The notes under the pieces are model-generated. The model was not told the DNA's origin, ran no database searches, and saw nothing but the letters and a program-made list of their open reading frames with translations. DNA of 64,000 bases from Planktothrix sp. GU0601_MAG3 (GTDB lineage: Bacteria; Cyanobacteriota; Cyanobacteriia; Cyanobacteriales; Microcoleaceae): the NCBI GenBank assembly GCA_035193785.1, contig CP136572.1, positions 5,044,578 through 5,108,577 of the forward strand, read 5' to 3'. Positions 13,218-25,007 of the stretch are shown one piece after another. A program made the translations under genes and the position numbers. The stretch's first letter is position 1, and each line of letters starts with the position of its first letter.

Positions 13218-14432
13218 AATCCAGCTTTATTTTCACACAATTGATTGGCAATTAATTCTGCGGCTAAACGATGTCCCTCTGGATTCCAATGTCCTCCACA
13301 AAGCGTACCATTTTTTTCAAACCCATGTAAACAGGTTTGATTTTTGGTGGCATAGGACTGAAAGGCGGGGGCTAAGTCTAACACGGGGAAATTATTCCGT
13401 TTCCCGATATCTTTCAATCGTTGATTGGGATAATATAAATTATCAATTTTATTAGAGATTTGAAAGAATTTTCTTGTGGCTTCATCTTGATGAACTTGCA
13501 TCGGATCGGCAATAATAACTAATAAAAAATTGGCTTCTTTATTTTTGACTTCTTGCTGCGTTAAGGTGATTAAATCTTCTGTAATTTGCCATGCTTCTTT
13601 CCAATTAGCATCTTTAGGTTCTCGAAAGGTACTCACACTTAATTGGTTAGAGTGTTTAACTAAATTATTTTTGCGATATTCTAATTCGGCTTTTTTTGCC
13701 ACCTGTAAAATTCGAGAGTTATTGACTAACCAATCTGGAAAATGATCAACGGTTGTAATCAAATAGCGATTACTATACCCCATTGGTAAATCACGGAACG
13801 AAAAATCCGGTTCTAATTGACCATTTTTATAGACAAAAAACGGCCGATAATAGTTGTTTTCTAATTGTCGGGAATTATCAATCACATCATTACCAACAAA
13901 AAAGGAAACAATCACTAAATCGGGGTGATATTTTCCGACTTTTTCCCGCAGGGTAATTAATTCTTGGGCTGTGCCATAGCCATCGACTCCAAAATTCAGA
14001 ACTTCAATGTTTTTACCTTGAAATTTAGAACAGTTACCCAAGGTTTTTTCTAATACCGAAGTATAGTTTTTTTCGGCGGGAACTTGGGATGCTAAGGTAA
14101 AAGAATCCCCTAAAACGGCAATTCTAAAGGTGTTTTTAGGTTTAGCGATCGGATATTCTTGATCCCTCAAACCATCCCTATTAATTTCAATGTATGATTC
14201 ACCCTCATAGCGCCACCATCCCTTTGCCCCCGGCAGATTCGACCAACCGCGATCGGGATCGGATTGGGTAAAAAAAGAGGGAGAAAAAACTGCATGACTG
14301 GGTTTCAGGAAGTTTTTTTGCTCCCTGAATATTGGCTAACCTTAAACCGATTTCTCCGATTGCAAAACCTAGGACTAAACTACCTAAAGCTAGTCCTAGA
14401 TTTGATGCCCATGTTTTCCAATGCCCCATCAT
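13214..14432 (-). CDS. SGNH/GDSL hydrolase-family protein (paralog of the adjacent gene); frameshift at GTTTC 14302-14306
   Basis: LGDSF, NFGVDGYG, GNDV, GGHWNPEGH. Confidence 0.85.
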
Positions 14433-14597
14433 TTAGAACAAAGTATAAATAAATGGTGCGATCGCAGAACCGTGACTCAGAACAATCAAAGCCCCTAATA
14501 AAACCAGTGTAATAATTAGAGGCAATAACCAATACTTTTTGCGTTCTCTCATGAACGCCCAAATATCTTTCAAAAAATCTAATGTTGCTTCAAACAC
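14433..14597 (-). CDS. SxtK/DUF5989-family small membrane protein (54 aa, absent from ORF track)
   Basis: GTG start overlapping the sxtJ-like stop: MFEATLDFLKDIWAFMRERKKYWLLPLIITLVLLGALIVLSHGSAIAPFIYTLF*. Confidence 0.88.
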   Translation of the reverse strand: MFEATLDFLKDIWAFMRERKKYWLLPLIITLVLLGALIVLSHGSAIAPFIYTLF

Positions 14598-15010
14598 TAG
14601 AAGGGACGCTCCATACTTTCTTTGGTTCTGACTTTACTCGCAACCCGATAGGTTGAGAGACTGGGATTTAATTCACGCTGCATCGAATCAGAACCGAATA
14701 GGCGTTTAATAAATCCCATCGGAGCCATCATAACGTAAAAGACGACACCGAGAATAATCTTGCTGTTAATTGCCCCCATAAATAACCCGAATTTCATCCA
14801 GATGCGATACACCGGATTTAAGGTTTTGGGGGAAATTAACGCCCAAAGGATCAGGAAGGTTCCTAATATCCATGGCCAAGTTCTGGGGGGCCAATGTCCA
14901 AATAATAGAGGTAAAACCACACCAAATAAGCCAATAATAATGGCTCCGGTTGTTAATCCAAATTCGCGTAATCCTTTGGCGTCAAGTTGGGGAATATCGT
15001 GATCAGTCAT
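14597..15010 (-). CDS. SxtJ-family membrane protein
   Basis: LREFGL...WMKFG...S(K)IILGVVFY..M.P.G pattern; position between carbamoyltransferase and DUF5989. Confidence 0.85.
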   Translation of the reverse strand: MTDHDIPQLDAKGLREFGLTTGAIIIGLFGVVLPLLFGHWPPRTWPWILGTFLILWALISPKTLNPVYRIWMKFGLFMGAINSKIILGVVFYVMMAPMGFIKRLFGSDSMQRELNPSLSTYRVASKVRTKESMERPF

Positions 15011-15152
15011 AATGTTAATTGAATTTAACCGTAGTGAGGCGTTCACGCCTCCTATCTAAAGGTTCGTAGTAAGGCGTTCACGCCTTCTCTATAGAGGGTG
15101 GCAGAGCCACCAATAAAGCATTTCTAGGTAGAACCTAGAAACGAGAGAAACG

Positions 15153-17085
15153 TTAATCTAATTCAAATTCTTTTTGCCAAGCATCATCTTTTTCCCAGGG
15201 GGTTTGTTCCGTTTTAGCTAATAGGAAATTCTCCAAAACCAAATAATCCATTTCCGTTCGCATAAAACAACGGTAGGCATCTTCGGGACTCCCAACAATC
15301 GGTTCTCCTCGCACGTTAAAAGAGGTATTGACTATGACAGGACAGCCCGTTTGTTTTTCAAAATGATGGATTAAATCATAATAACGGGGATTGGTTTCTT
15401 TGTGAATAGTTTGTACCCGGGCGGAATAATCAACGTGGGTAATAGAGGGAAGTTCTGAACGGGGAACATTGAGTTTTTCAATCCCAAATAGTTGTTCCTG
15501 TTCTGGAGTCATGGGAATTCTTAAACCCTCTTGAACCGGAGCCACAATTAACATATAGGGACTGGGGCGATCTAATTCAAAATAATCAGAAACTCGTTCC
15601 GCCCTTACCGATGGGGCAAAGGGTCGAAAAGACTCTCTATATTTGATTTTCAGGTTCATCACCGACTGCATTTTTTGATTGCGTGGATCACCAATAATTG
15701 AGCGTCCCCCCAAGGCTCTCGGCCCAAATTCCATCCGTCCTTGGAACCATCCGATCACGTTTCCTTGTTCTAAAATTTCCGCTAAACGGGGCATTAATTC
15801 AGGATCATCCAAGCGTAAATAGTTTGCTCCTACCGTATCTAAATACTCCTGAATTTCCCCATCACTAAATTTCGGCCCTAGATAGGAACCTTGCATATAA
15901 TCCAAGCGTTTTTGATGGGTTTTTAACGCCACAACAGCAGGCTTTGATCCGGCACTGGTTTCTAACAGTTTTTCCGCCGAAATATCAAGGGCTAAATCCG
16001 TTTCTACATTGCGCGGTTGCTGATTATATTCATACCAAACCGCTAAGGCTGCCCCCAACGCACCCCCGGCATCTCCAGCCGCCGGTTGAATCCAAATATC
16101 TTTAAATGGCCCTTCCCGCAGAATCCGGCCGTTAGCCACGCAGTTGAGGGCTACACCCCCCGCCAAACATAGATAATCAACGTTTAATTCCTTCTGCACA
16201 CTGCGGGTCAGACGTAACACCACTTCTTCCGTTACTACCTGAATTGAGGCGGCAATGTCCATTTCCCTCTGACTAATGGGGGTTTCTGGCTTGCGAGGCG
16301 GGCCACCAAACAGTTGATCAAACTTGGTGTTGGTCATAGTCAGACCGACGGCATAATTAAAATATTCCATATTTAATCGGAATGTGCCATCATCTTTTAA
16401 ATCAATTAAATGGGTGAGGATTTTATCAACATAAATGGGTTCTCCGTAAGGAGCTAATCCCATTAATTTATATTCCCCGGAGTTAACTTTAAACCCGGTA
16501 TAATAGGTAAAAGCCGAATAAAGTAAACCCAAAGAATGGGGAAAATCTATTTCCCAAACCGGGGTTAAACTATTGCCATCTCCCAACCAAACGGAGGTTG
16601 TCGCCCATTCTCCCACACCGTCTAAACACATCACCGCCGCTTTTTGGAAGGGACTGGGAAAGAAAGCAGAAGCCGCGTGGGATTGATGATGTTCAGTAAA
16701 TAATAACGGGGGAAGTTTGGCTTTTTTAGCCCCGGCTATGGTGGCTAATTCTTTTTTTAATACGGTTTTTAGGTAAAGTTTTTCTTTTAACCAAACGGGC
16801 ATGGCCTTAACAAAAGAACGAAATCCTCGGGGCACATAGCTGATGTAGGTTTCTAGGAGTCGTTTCAAATTTCACCAGGGGTTTATCGTAGAAAACCACC
16901 TGATCAATTTCAAAAAAGGTGATGTTTGCTTCCTGAAGACAATAGCGGATGGCGTTGGCGGGAAATCCTGGGTCGTGCTTTTTGCGCGTAAACCTTTCTT
17001 CCTGGGCTGCGGCCACGATCTTGCCATCACAGACGAGTGCCGCGGCACTGTCATGGTAGTAGGCTGAAATTCCAAGTATGTTCAT
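15153..17085 (-). CDS. NodU/CmcH-family O-carbamoyltransferase (SxtI-like); frameshift at GTTTC 16862-16866
   Basis: ILGISAYYHDSAAAL, EHHQSHAASAF, GEYKLMGLAPYG, FGPRALG, NTSFN. Confidence 0.93.
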
Positions 17086-17284
17086 CGATGTCTCCTCACT
17101 AGGCGCAGTCGAGCCTGTCTGTGATTATAAAGAAAAAAGAAATAATCCAGAGATTATAGCGTTAACTGGACAATCTGCTGCAAAAGTTGACGGTTGGCTG
17201 TTGACTGTTGACTTTGAGCGGGCATGGTATGCTAATTTATTTATATTCTACGATAAATAATAATAATAAAATAGGAGTTTTGTT

Positions 17285-18914
17285 GTGCGTTTTTTTCTCC
17301 TGATTGTGCTGATATTGGGCATATTTTTTCGCTTCACTCATCTTGACCATAAAGTGTACTGGTACGATGAAGCCATAACATCTCTACGAGCTTCTGGTTA
17401 TACTGAACAAGAAGTTGTTCAGCACTTTTCCCAACAGTCAGTGGTTAGTGTAACGGAACTCCAGCACTATCAACACCCTGATGGAACAAGAAGCATTATT
17501 GATACAGCCAAAAGTTTAGTCAAGGAAGACCCACAGCATCCGCCATTATACTACATTTTGGTAAATATTTGGTTTCATATAATTGGTAGTTCACCAACAT
17601 TATCGAGGTTGTTACCTGCGTTACTCAGCTTGCTGGCATTTCCCAGTGCTTATTGGCTGTGTCAAGAGATATTTATTGAAACAGGGGTTTTTGCTTCCAG
17701 GTTGTCTACCTATTTAATGATCGGATTCATTGCCGTTTCGCCATTTCATGTCATTTATGCCCAGGAATCAAGACAATACAGTCTATGGGTTGTAACAACT
17801 TTACTTTCAAACGCAGCTTTATTACGAGCAATACGAGTTAATACGGGGATGAGTTGGGGTATTTATACCTTTACTGTGGTCATCAGTTTTTATACCTTTC
17901 TTCTGAGTGGACTAACGATGATTGCTCAGGGTTTTTATATTATCCTTGTTTATGGTTTTAGTCATATAAAAATCCTCAAAAACTACATTGTCTCATCCTT
18001 GCTAAGTGCTATATTTTTTGTCCCTTATATTTGGATTCTAATTATTAATCAGTCTCAAGCTGAAAAAGGTCTGGAGTGGTCATTTCTTTACAGTCTTAAA
18101 AACTCAGAACTCAGGGATATCTGGATTCAGCATCTTGGTCGGCTCTTTTTTGATGTTAATCAAGAAACCCTGGGATTTTTATGTGCATCGAGTATTGTTA
18201 GTGTTGGTTTTATATGCTTTTTATTACCTCTGTCGTCAAACGCCCATGTCAGTTTGGTTAATGATTATCCTTCTGACTGCTGTTAGCACAATGCCTTTAA
18301 TGATACCCGACTGGATTTTAGGAGGAAGGCGCTCGATAACATTACGATATATGATTCCTGGATTATTGGGAGTTCAACTTGCTATTACTTACTTGCTAGG
18401 AAGAAATTTAGCTAGTCCTTCGTTAAATTTTTGGCATCAGAAATTTTGGCAATTAGTTTTAGTTATCCTGCTTTCTGGAAGTATCTTGTCCTGTGCTGTT
18501 AGCTCTCAAGCAACAGTTTGGTATAATAAAACTTTTGGCATTAATGGAGAAAATATAGCTGTTGCTAAAATTGTTAATCAGACGACTCATCCTCTTTTGA
18601 TTAGCGATGAAAGAGTAGGTCATCTTTTATCTTTAAGCTATTCACTTAAACCAACTGTACAAATTCTCCTTCAACCTTCCTGCGCTACCTGTCCAATTCA
18701 TTCTTCTAGCATATTTGGAGTTCAACTACCAGTAGTAGAAGAATTTAATCGCTTTAGTGATGTTTTTTTATACCGATATCCTCCTAGTAATGAATGGATT
18801 AAGGAATTAGCAAAACAGAAAAATTATAAATTTCAACCTGTTGTATTTGGATTTGTTGAATGGTTAAAAGATAAGCCTGTGCTTTGGAGAGTTATCCCGA
18901 TTGAGACTCAGTAG
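17285..18914 (+). CDS. GT39/PMT-like (GT-C) membrane glycosyltransferase; frameshift at GAAAC 18164-18168
   Basis: KVYWYDE, QHPPLYY, YAQESRQYSL; multiple TM segments. Confidence 0.85.
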
Positions 18915-19066
18915 GTGTAGGAATATAGTGTCTGAACTGATGCACCCCCAAGACTCGTTATAGATAGACTTAATTATTGGCAGTTGGCAGGTTTAGAAAA
19001 TATCTATCTTGAAGATAGTTTGAAAATTTCACCATTCCCAAACCCATAATCTAATTATTAATTAAT

Positions 19067-19288
19067 TTATTGATTTTCTATTTCATCATATAAACTTTCA
19101 ACTAAATTTTCTAATTTTTCTTCAGAACAACAGTCAATTAACATATCAAAAGCATCCAGCAGTTTAGCGGCATTTTCTCCCAAAATCGGACTCATATCCC
19201 AAACATCCTGTACCCAGTCCCGAGGGAGTTCATCATCAAAAATCATGCGTTCTAAAATTTGTCTGGCTTCGGTTTTACTCAGGGTCAT
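19067..19288 (-). CDS. Small acidic hypothetical protein
   Basis: Clean 73-aa ORF with host-like codon use. Confidence 0.6.
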   Translation of the reverse strand: MTLSKTEARQILERMIFDDELPRDWVQDVWDMSPILGENAAKLLDAFDMLIDCCSEEKLENLVESLYDEIENQ

Positions 19289-19381
19289 AATACTGCAAAA
19301 TTCCTAAGATTGGCACTTCAACTATAATATCAAATTCTGGTGATCCGTTGGGTTACAGAAGATACAACCCAACTTTTAGAA

Positions 19382-19976
19382 TCAATCACTATAGCGTTCT
19401 TCTGCCCAGGGTTTCCCCCCTTTTATGATAACCATTGAGTTCCCAAAAGCCCAATTCCTCATGATCCAAAAACTCTAACCCGTTAATCCATTTTCCACTT
19501 TTCCAAGCATATAAATGGGGAACTACTAACCGCAGAGGGCCACCATGATCGGCGGATAAGGGTTCATCAAAAACTTGATAGGCGAAAAAGTTTTCTTCGC
19601 GTAAAAAATCCGCCATTGAAAGATTAGTGGTATAACCGCCATAGCAATGTTCCATAATATGAATTGCTTGGGGATCAACTTCAACAAACTGCATGAAGTC
19701 CGTAACCTTTATTCCTGTCCACTGCACATCTAATTTCGACCAATGGGTAACGCAATGAAAATCCGCAGTAAAGTTACTTTTAGGCATTGCCATCATCTCA
19801 GACCAACTAAAGGTTTTGGGCTGGACTAAACCCCAAACTTTTAACTGCCAATTCTCGATAGAAACTTGGGGGGTTTCCCCATAGGTTAAAACCGGAAATC
19901 CTTTGCTCAGATGTTGTTTTGGGGGAACGCGATCGCTCTGATCAGAAGTCGGCTTACTGAAAAATTTACCTAACAT
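19382..19976 (-). CDS. Sulfite oxidase-like molybdopterin oxidoreductase; 3' frameshift at GTTTC 19411-19415
   Basis: DFHCVTHWS, HGGPLRLVVP, WKSGKW; repair gives RGEPWAEERYSD*. Confidence 0.88.
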
Positions 19977-20026
19977 GATTAACCCCTAACGACCAGTTTT
20001 ATAAGTATACTATTAAACACCTAATT

Positions 20027-20677
20027 TTAATTGGAATTAGGGGTGGGTTTGCCAAAAATTGTAAAAGACATTTTTCCGGTTAAGCCACTTTTCCAAGCCC
20101 AGCCATCCCGATCTCTAAAAAAGATTTTTAGATCGTCATCCTGTAACTGGGTTTGGGGGTCAGTGGTCATCCATAACCAGTCATCTGTATGACCCTGGGT
20201 ATTATTAACAATGGATAACAAATAACGTCCCGCTTCTAGTTGAAACGGGATCACCGAACCCACATAATTAAATACGGGATGGGAAAACCTTTCAATATTA
20301 GTTTTAGTTGGGCGAACTTTCCTTAACTGCACCTCAATTTTAGGGGTAATTTCTGGAATTCCTTCAACCATTTTAAAAATTCTCAAGGAAAATTTATCCT
20401 TTGAAGGTTGACCCTCGGGGAAATATTGACCATGCCAATCAATTTGATCTACTTCAACTGTTTCATCAAGGATAAATTCATAGCCAATTTGTTGTTGTCC
20501 TGAAAAATATTGCCCATCAAAATCACTCAATAATCCAAAGGAACCATTGCCCTCACCGGAACCGAAAATCACCTCAGCATTGACCGAAATCAAAGAATAG
20601 TTAGCCCAAATTAAACCACTCAAAAATCCCGTCCAAACTATCGCAGATGAATTGAAAAACTTAATTTTTTTTGACAC
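20027..20677 (-). CDS. Hypothetical exported protein
   Basis: 216-aa ORF with N-terminal signal-like segment. Confidence 0.55.
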   Translation of the reverse strand: MSKKIKFFNSSAIVWTGFLSGLIWANYSLISVNAEVIFGSGEGNGSFGLLSDFDGQYFSGQQQIGYEFILDETVEVDQIDWHGQYFPEGQPSKDKFSLRIFKMVEGIPEITPKIEVQLRKVRPTKTNIERFSHPVFNYVGSVIPFQLEAGRYLLSIVNNTQGHTDDWLWMTTDPQTQLQDDDLKIFFRDRDGWAWKSGLTGKMSFTIFGKPTPNSN

Positions 20678-20754
20678 AATAAAACTTGATAATTGACCTT
20701 AAAAACTTAAATTACTATACAATAGTAACAGTGAACGTTAACTCAATCCTCTCT

Positions 20755-21300
20755 ATGATACCTGCTCCGATCCCAGATAACGAAAAAGAACGATTAGAAG
20801 CCCTGTATGACTATCAAATTCTCGATACCCAAGCGGAACCTTCTTTTGATGAACTAACCCTTCTAGCGACCTATATTTGTAAAACACCCATTGCTTTAAT
20901 TAGTTTACTCGATCGCGATCGCCAATGGTTTAAATCTATTATTGGCCCGATGCCACCGGAAACGACTCGGGAGATTGCCTTTTCTTCCTATTGTATTTTA
21001 CAGGATGATTTTATGATTGTTCCTGATACCTTAAAAGATGAAAGATTTATCGATAATCCCCTGGTTATATCCGAACCAAAAATCCGTTTTTATGGAGGTT
21101 TTCCTTTAATTAATAATCAAGGTTTTGCCATTGGCAGCCTATGTGTAATGGATTTTATGCCTCGCAATTTAGCCATGGCTCAAACGGAATCTTTAAAACT
21201 CATTAATCATCAAATTATGAGACAATTAAACATCCATCGCCATCTTTCTAGGATCAACCAAGCTGTTAATTATTGTTTAAAATCATTAACAGACAGCTAA
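20755..21300 (+). CDS. Stand-alone GAF-domain protein
   Basis: ERLEAL..Y.ILDT, RQWFKS, IRFYGGFPL, IGSLCVMD. Confidence 0.85.
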   Translation: MIPAPIPDNEKERLEALYDYQILDTQAEPSFDELTLLATYICKTPIALISLLDRDRQWFKSIIGPMPPETTREIAFSSYCILQDDFMIVPDTLKDERFIDNPLVISEPKIRFYGGFPLINNQGFAIGSLCVMDFMPRNLAMAQTESLKLINHQIMRQLNIHRHLSRINQAVNYCLKSLTDS

Positions 21301-21331
21301 TTTTTATTGAGATTTTATTCCCCCTTAACCT

Positions 21332-21968
21332 ATGTATCCTAACGTTACAATTATTGAGCATCCTTTGGTTCAACATAAACTAACCTTGATGCGACGAGAG
21401 CAAACCAGTACCGCTAAATTTCGGCAATTGTTGCGGGAAATTAGTATGTTATTAGCCTATGAAATTACCCGGGATTTACCCCTAAAAAAAGAGTTAATTC
21501 AAACCCCCCTTTCTGCCATGGAAGCGCCGATTTTAGCCTCGGAGAAAAAAATGGTGATTGTCTCGATCATGCGGGCAGGTCAGGGAATTTTAGATGGAAT
21601 TTTAGAATTAATTCCTTCCGCAAGGGTCGGACATATTGGTTTATATCGAGACCCCCGAAACCTTTATCCCCATTGAATATTATTTTAAGCTTCCTGATGA
21701 TATGGAAGAACGGGAAGTTTTAGTAGTTGATCCGATGATTGCTACGGGAAATACAGCCATTGCCGCCATCCAAAGATTGAAACAAACTAACCCATTTTCG
21801 GTCAAATTTCTATGTTTAATTGCTTCTCCAGAAGGAATTAAACATTTTCATTCCTATCACCCCGATGTTTCTCTTTATACGGCTGCTATTGATGATCATT
21901 TGGATGAACATGGATATATTATTCCCGGGTTAGGGGATGCGGGCGATCGCCTATTTGGAACCAAATAA
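21332..21968 (+). CDS. upp: Uracil phosphoribosyltransferase; frameshift near 21652-21661
   Basis: [39 protein letters not shown]. Confidence 0.95.
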
Positions 21969-21985
21969 TAGAGGTTAATTTTAAG

Positions 21986-23465
21986 ATGAAAACAATTGAA
22001 ATTTTACCGAACTATATTAATGGAAAATGGTGTTCCTCTAAGGCAACAGAAACCTTAGAGATCATCAACCCCGCCACCTTAGAAGTATTAGCAAAAGTTC
22101 CCCTTTCTCCAGCAACGGAACTGCATCAGGTGGCAGAAATCGCCCAAAAATCCTTTGATTCCTGGCGACAAACTCCGGTTACAGAACGGATTCGTTATCT
22201 GTTTAAACTGAGAGAATTACTCGAACAAAATCAACAGGATTTGGCGGAAACTATTACCTTAGAATGTGGAAAAACCCGGGCTGAATCTCTGGGAGAATTA
22301 CAACGGGCGATTGAAAATGTGGAAGTGGCTTGTGGTGTTCCTAGCTTAATTCAAGGTTATAATTCCGAAGATATTGCTAGGGGAATTGATGAAATGATGA
22401 TTCGTCAACCTTTAGGAGTTGTGGCGATTATTTCCCCATTTAATTTTCCGGGGATGATTCCGTTTTGGTTTTTTCCTTATGCGATCGCCTGTGGCAATAC
22501 TTGTATTATTAAACCCTCGGAAAAAGTCCCCCTAACCATGCAAAAGGTTTTTGCTTTAATTGATCAATTAGGACTACCCCCAGGGGTGATTAATTTAGTC
22601 AATGGGGCTAAAGAAACCGTTGATGCAATTTTAGAAAATCCCCAAATTAAAGCGATTAGTTTTGTCGGTTTCCACGGCCGTTGCTAAATATGTCTATAGT
22701 CGGGCGGCTGCCCATGGTAAAAGGGCGCAATGTCAGGGCGGAGCAAAAAATCCGGTGATTATTTTACCCGATGCTGATTTAGAAATGACCACAAAAATTA
22801 TTGCTGATAGTGCCTTTGGTTGTGCCGGACAAAGGTGTTTAGCCACCTCGATTGCGATTACTATTGGTCAAGCTAAACAGAGTTTTACCGATGCGATCGC
22901 CACGGCTGCGGAAACTCGAATTGTTGGTTATGGATTAGATAAAAATGTCCAAATGGGAACGGTTATTTCTGCTGAAAGTAAAACTCGAATTGAAGGATTA
23001 ATTCAACAGGGAAAACAGGAAGGAGGCAAAATTTTAATTGATGGCAGAAATCCGACAATTTCCGGTTATGAACAGGGTTATTTTATCCGCCCGACTATTT
23101 TACAAGATATTAACCCCCAGGGAGAAATTGCCCGCACCGAAATTTTTGGCCCCGTATTAAGTTTAATTCATCTGAATACTCTTGAAGAAGCGATCGGATT
23201 AATTAATCAAAGTGAATATGGCAATATGGCCTGTTTATTTACTCGCAGTGGGGCGGCGGCGCGACAGTTTCGCTATCAAGTTCAAGCGGGAAATATAGGA
23301 ATTAATATTGGTGTCGCCGCACCGATGGCATTCTTTCCTTTTAGTGGTTGGAAAAATAGCTTTTTTGGCGATTTACACGGTCAAGGACAGCAGGCGGTTG
23401 AGTTTTTTACTCAAACAAAAGTTGTAGTTGAACGGTGGTTATCTGACTGGTCACGACAATTTTAA
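21986..23465 (+). CDS. mmsA: CoA-acylating methylmalonate-semialdehyde dehydrogenase; frameshift at GTTTC 22668-22672
   Basis: [15 protein letters not shown] (after repair), [23 protein letters not shown]. Confidence 0.9.
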
Positions 23466-23517
23466 CCTAAGTTTAAATATTGACTTTGGGGGCGAGGAAA
23501 CCCCGCCCCGATCTGTT

Positions 23518-24703
23518 TTAGTGATGGTGGTGGTGATCGTGACCATGATGATGATCATGCTCATGATCATGACCGTGGTGGTGATCATTGTGGCTATGAA
23601 CACTCACCAGGGAAGGATTAACCGCCAAAGCCATTTCATTTAATAAGGCTTCAATTTGGGGATTAGCCCAATCTGCGGCCATTTTTAGAAACTCGGGATG
23701 GTCGTTAACACACTCCATTTGCACATATTTAACATCGGCATATTTGCGACGTAAACCCTCAATAATATGCTCAACATCTAAGAGGGTTTCATGGTTTTCC
23801 GTGGCAAATCCAATCGGCATAAACACAATGGCTTTCGCCCCTAATTCAATTAAATTATTCGCCGCCAATTGAGCGTTAGGTTGCGTCCATTCAATTAAGG
23901 GAGTATCGTGGTTTAACCAACCCACAGAAATTAACGGATAACGGTTAATTAAATTTTCCCGTACCTGTTCATAAAGTGCCTGACTTTCATCAATTCCCGA
24001 GGTAAATCCTTTGGCTTTGTGGGGACAACCATGGTTCATTAAAACAATCCCAATTTGAGAGGGGAGACAGGATTGAATCAGACCGTGTTGAATTTTGTCT
24101 TCTACCAACTTTCCGAGCAGTTGAATATAGGCAGGTTCATTATAAAAAGAGGGGATATACCGTTGACCTTTTACCCAATGCTCACCTTCATCTGCTAATT
24201 TTTCCAGGGCCAGATTCACCTGTTCCACGGCGATTCCACTGGTAAAAATAGAATCAACCACTAACAGGGGATAAATTAACAGTTTATCAAATCCTTCGGC
24301 TTGAACTTGAGCTAAAACCTGTTCTGGCAGAAAGGGAGCGCAGAAGTTAAAGGCTTTAAAAACTTTAATCTGATCGCCCCATTTTTCTTTTAAATGTTCC
24401 TCAATTCCCACCCGTTGTTTCTCAAAAATTGCATTATGGGGAGAAATAAAATTCCCATGTTGATGACTCCATTCATGGAGATCAAACATCGCTAAAAGTT
24501 TAGCCAAAGGCGGATAGATCCAGGTGGGAAACCGGGGCAAATTTAGCGGTTAAAAGATTCAAAGCCTGTTCGTTATAATTGGCAAAGTCTTCATAACTCT
24601 CGACTTCACCATAGCCCATGAGTAAAACCGCCAGTCGGTTTTTCCCCTTGGCATCGGTAGGCGTCGAATTAATTATGTCCAATTTTTCAGGAGTGGCAAC
24701 CAA
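23518..24703 (-). CDS. hemH: Ferrochelatase-like class II chelatase with His-rich C-terminal tail; frameshift at GAAAC 24528-24532
   Basis: AVLLMGYGE, MPIGFATENHETLLDVE; tail HSHNDHHHGHDHEHDHHHGHDHHHHH. Confidence 0.75.
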
Positions 24704-24822
24704 GTTTTTGTCCTCACGTTCAAGTGCTGCTATCGAGTCCTGCTAAGGAACTGTCCCCAACGTTATCATACGGGGGGATATTCTATATGATGACTCTCCT
24801 TAATAGTCTAACATCCCCTACT

Positions 24823-24972
24823 GGGGGAAGGGGAAGGGGCAGGGCGGGGGGAGTAGGGGAGGCAGGGGGAGCGGGGGAGGTAGGGGAGGCAGGGGGAGCG
24901 GGGGAGGTAGGGGAGGCAGGGGGAGGCAGGGGGAGCGGGGGAGGCAGGGGGAGCGGGGGAGGCAGGGGGAGT
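24823..24972. repeat. G-rich short tandem repeat (ggggga-gca/gcg/ggta units)
   Basis: Seen directly; same family as the C-rich tracts at 55909-55956, 56299-56372 and 63461-63595. Confidence 0.85.
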
Positions 24973-25007
24973 AGTGCGTCTAAAGGTCAACAGTCAATCA
25001 TTGAAAA

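Noticed and set aside
10550..17085. Saxitoxin biosynthetic cluster
   Set aside because: No sxtA, sxtG, sxtB or dioxygenase genes are nearby; only the widespread I/J/K/GDSL module is present.
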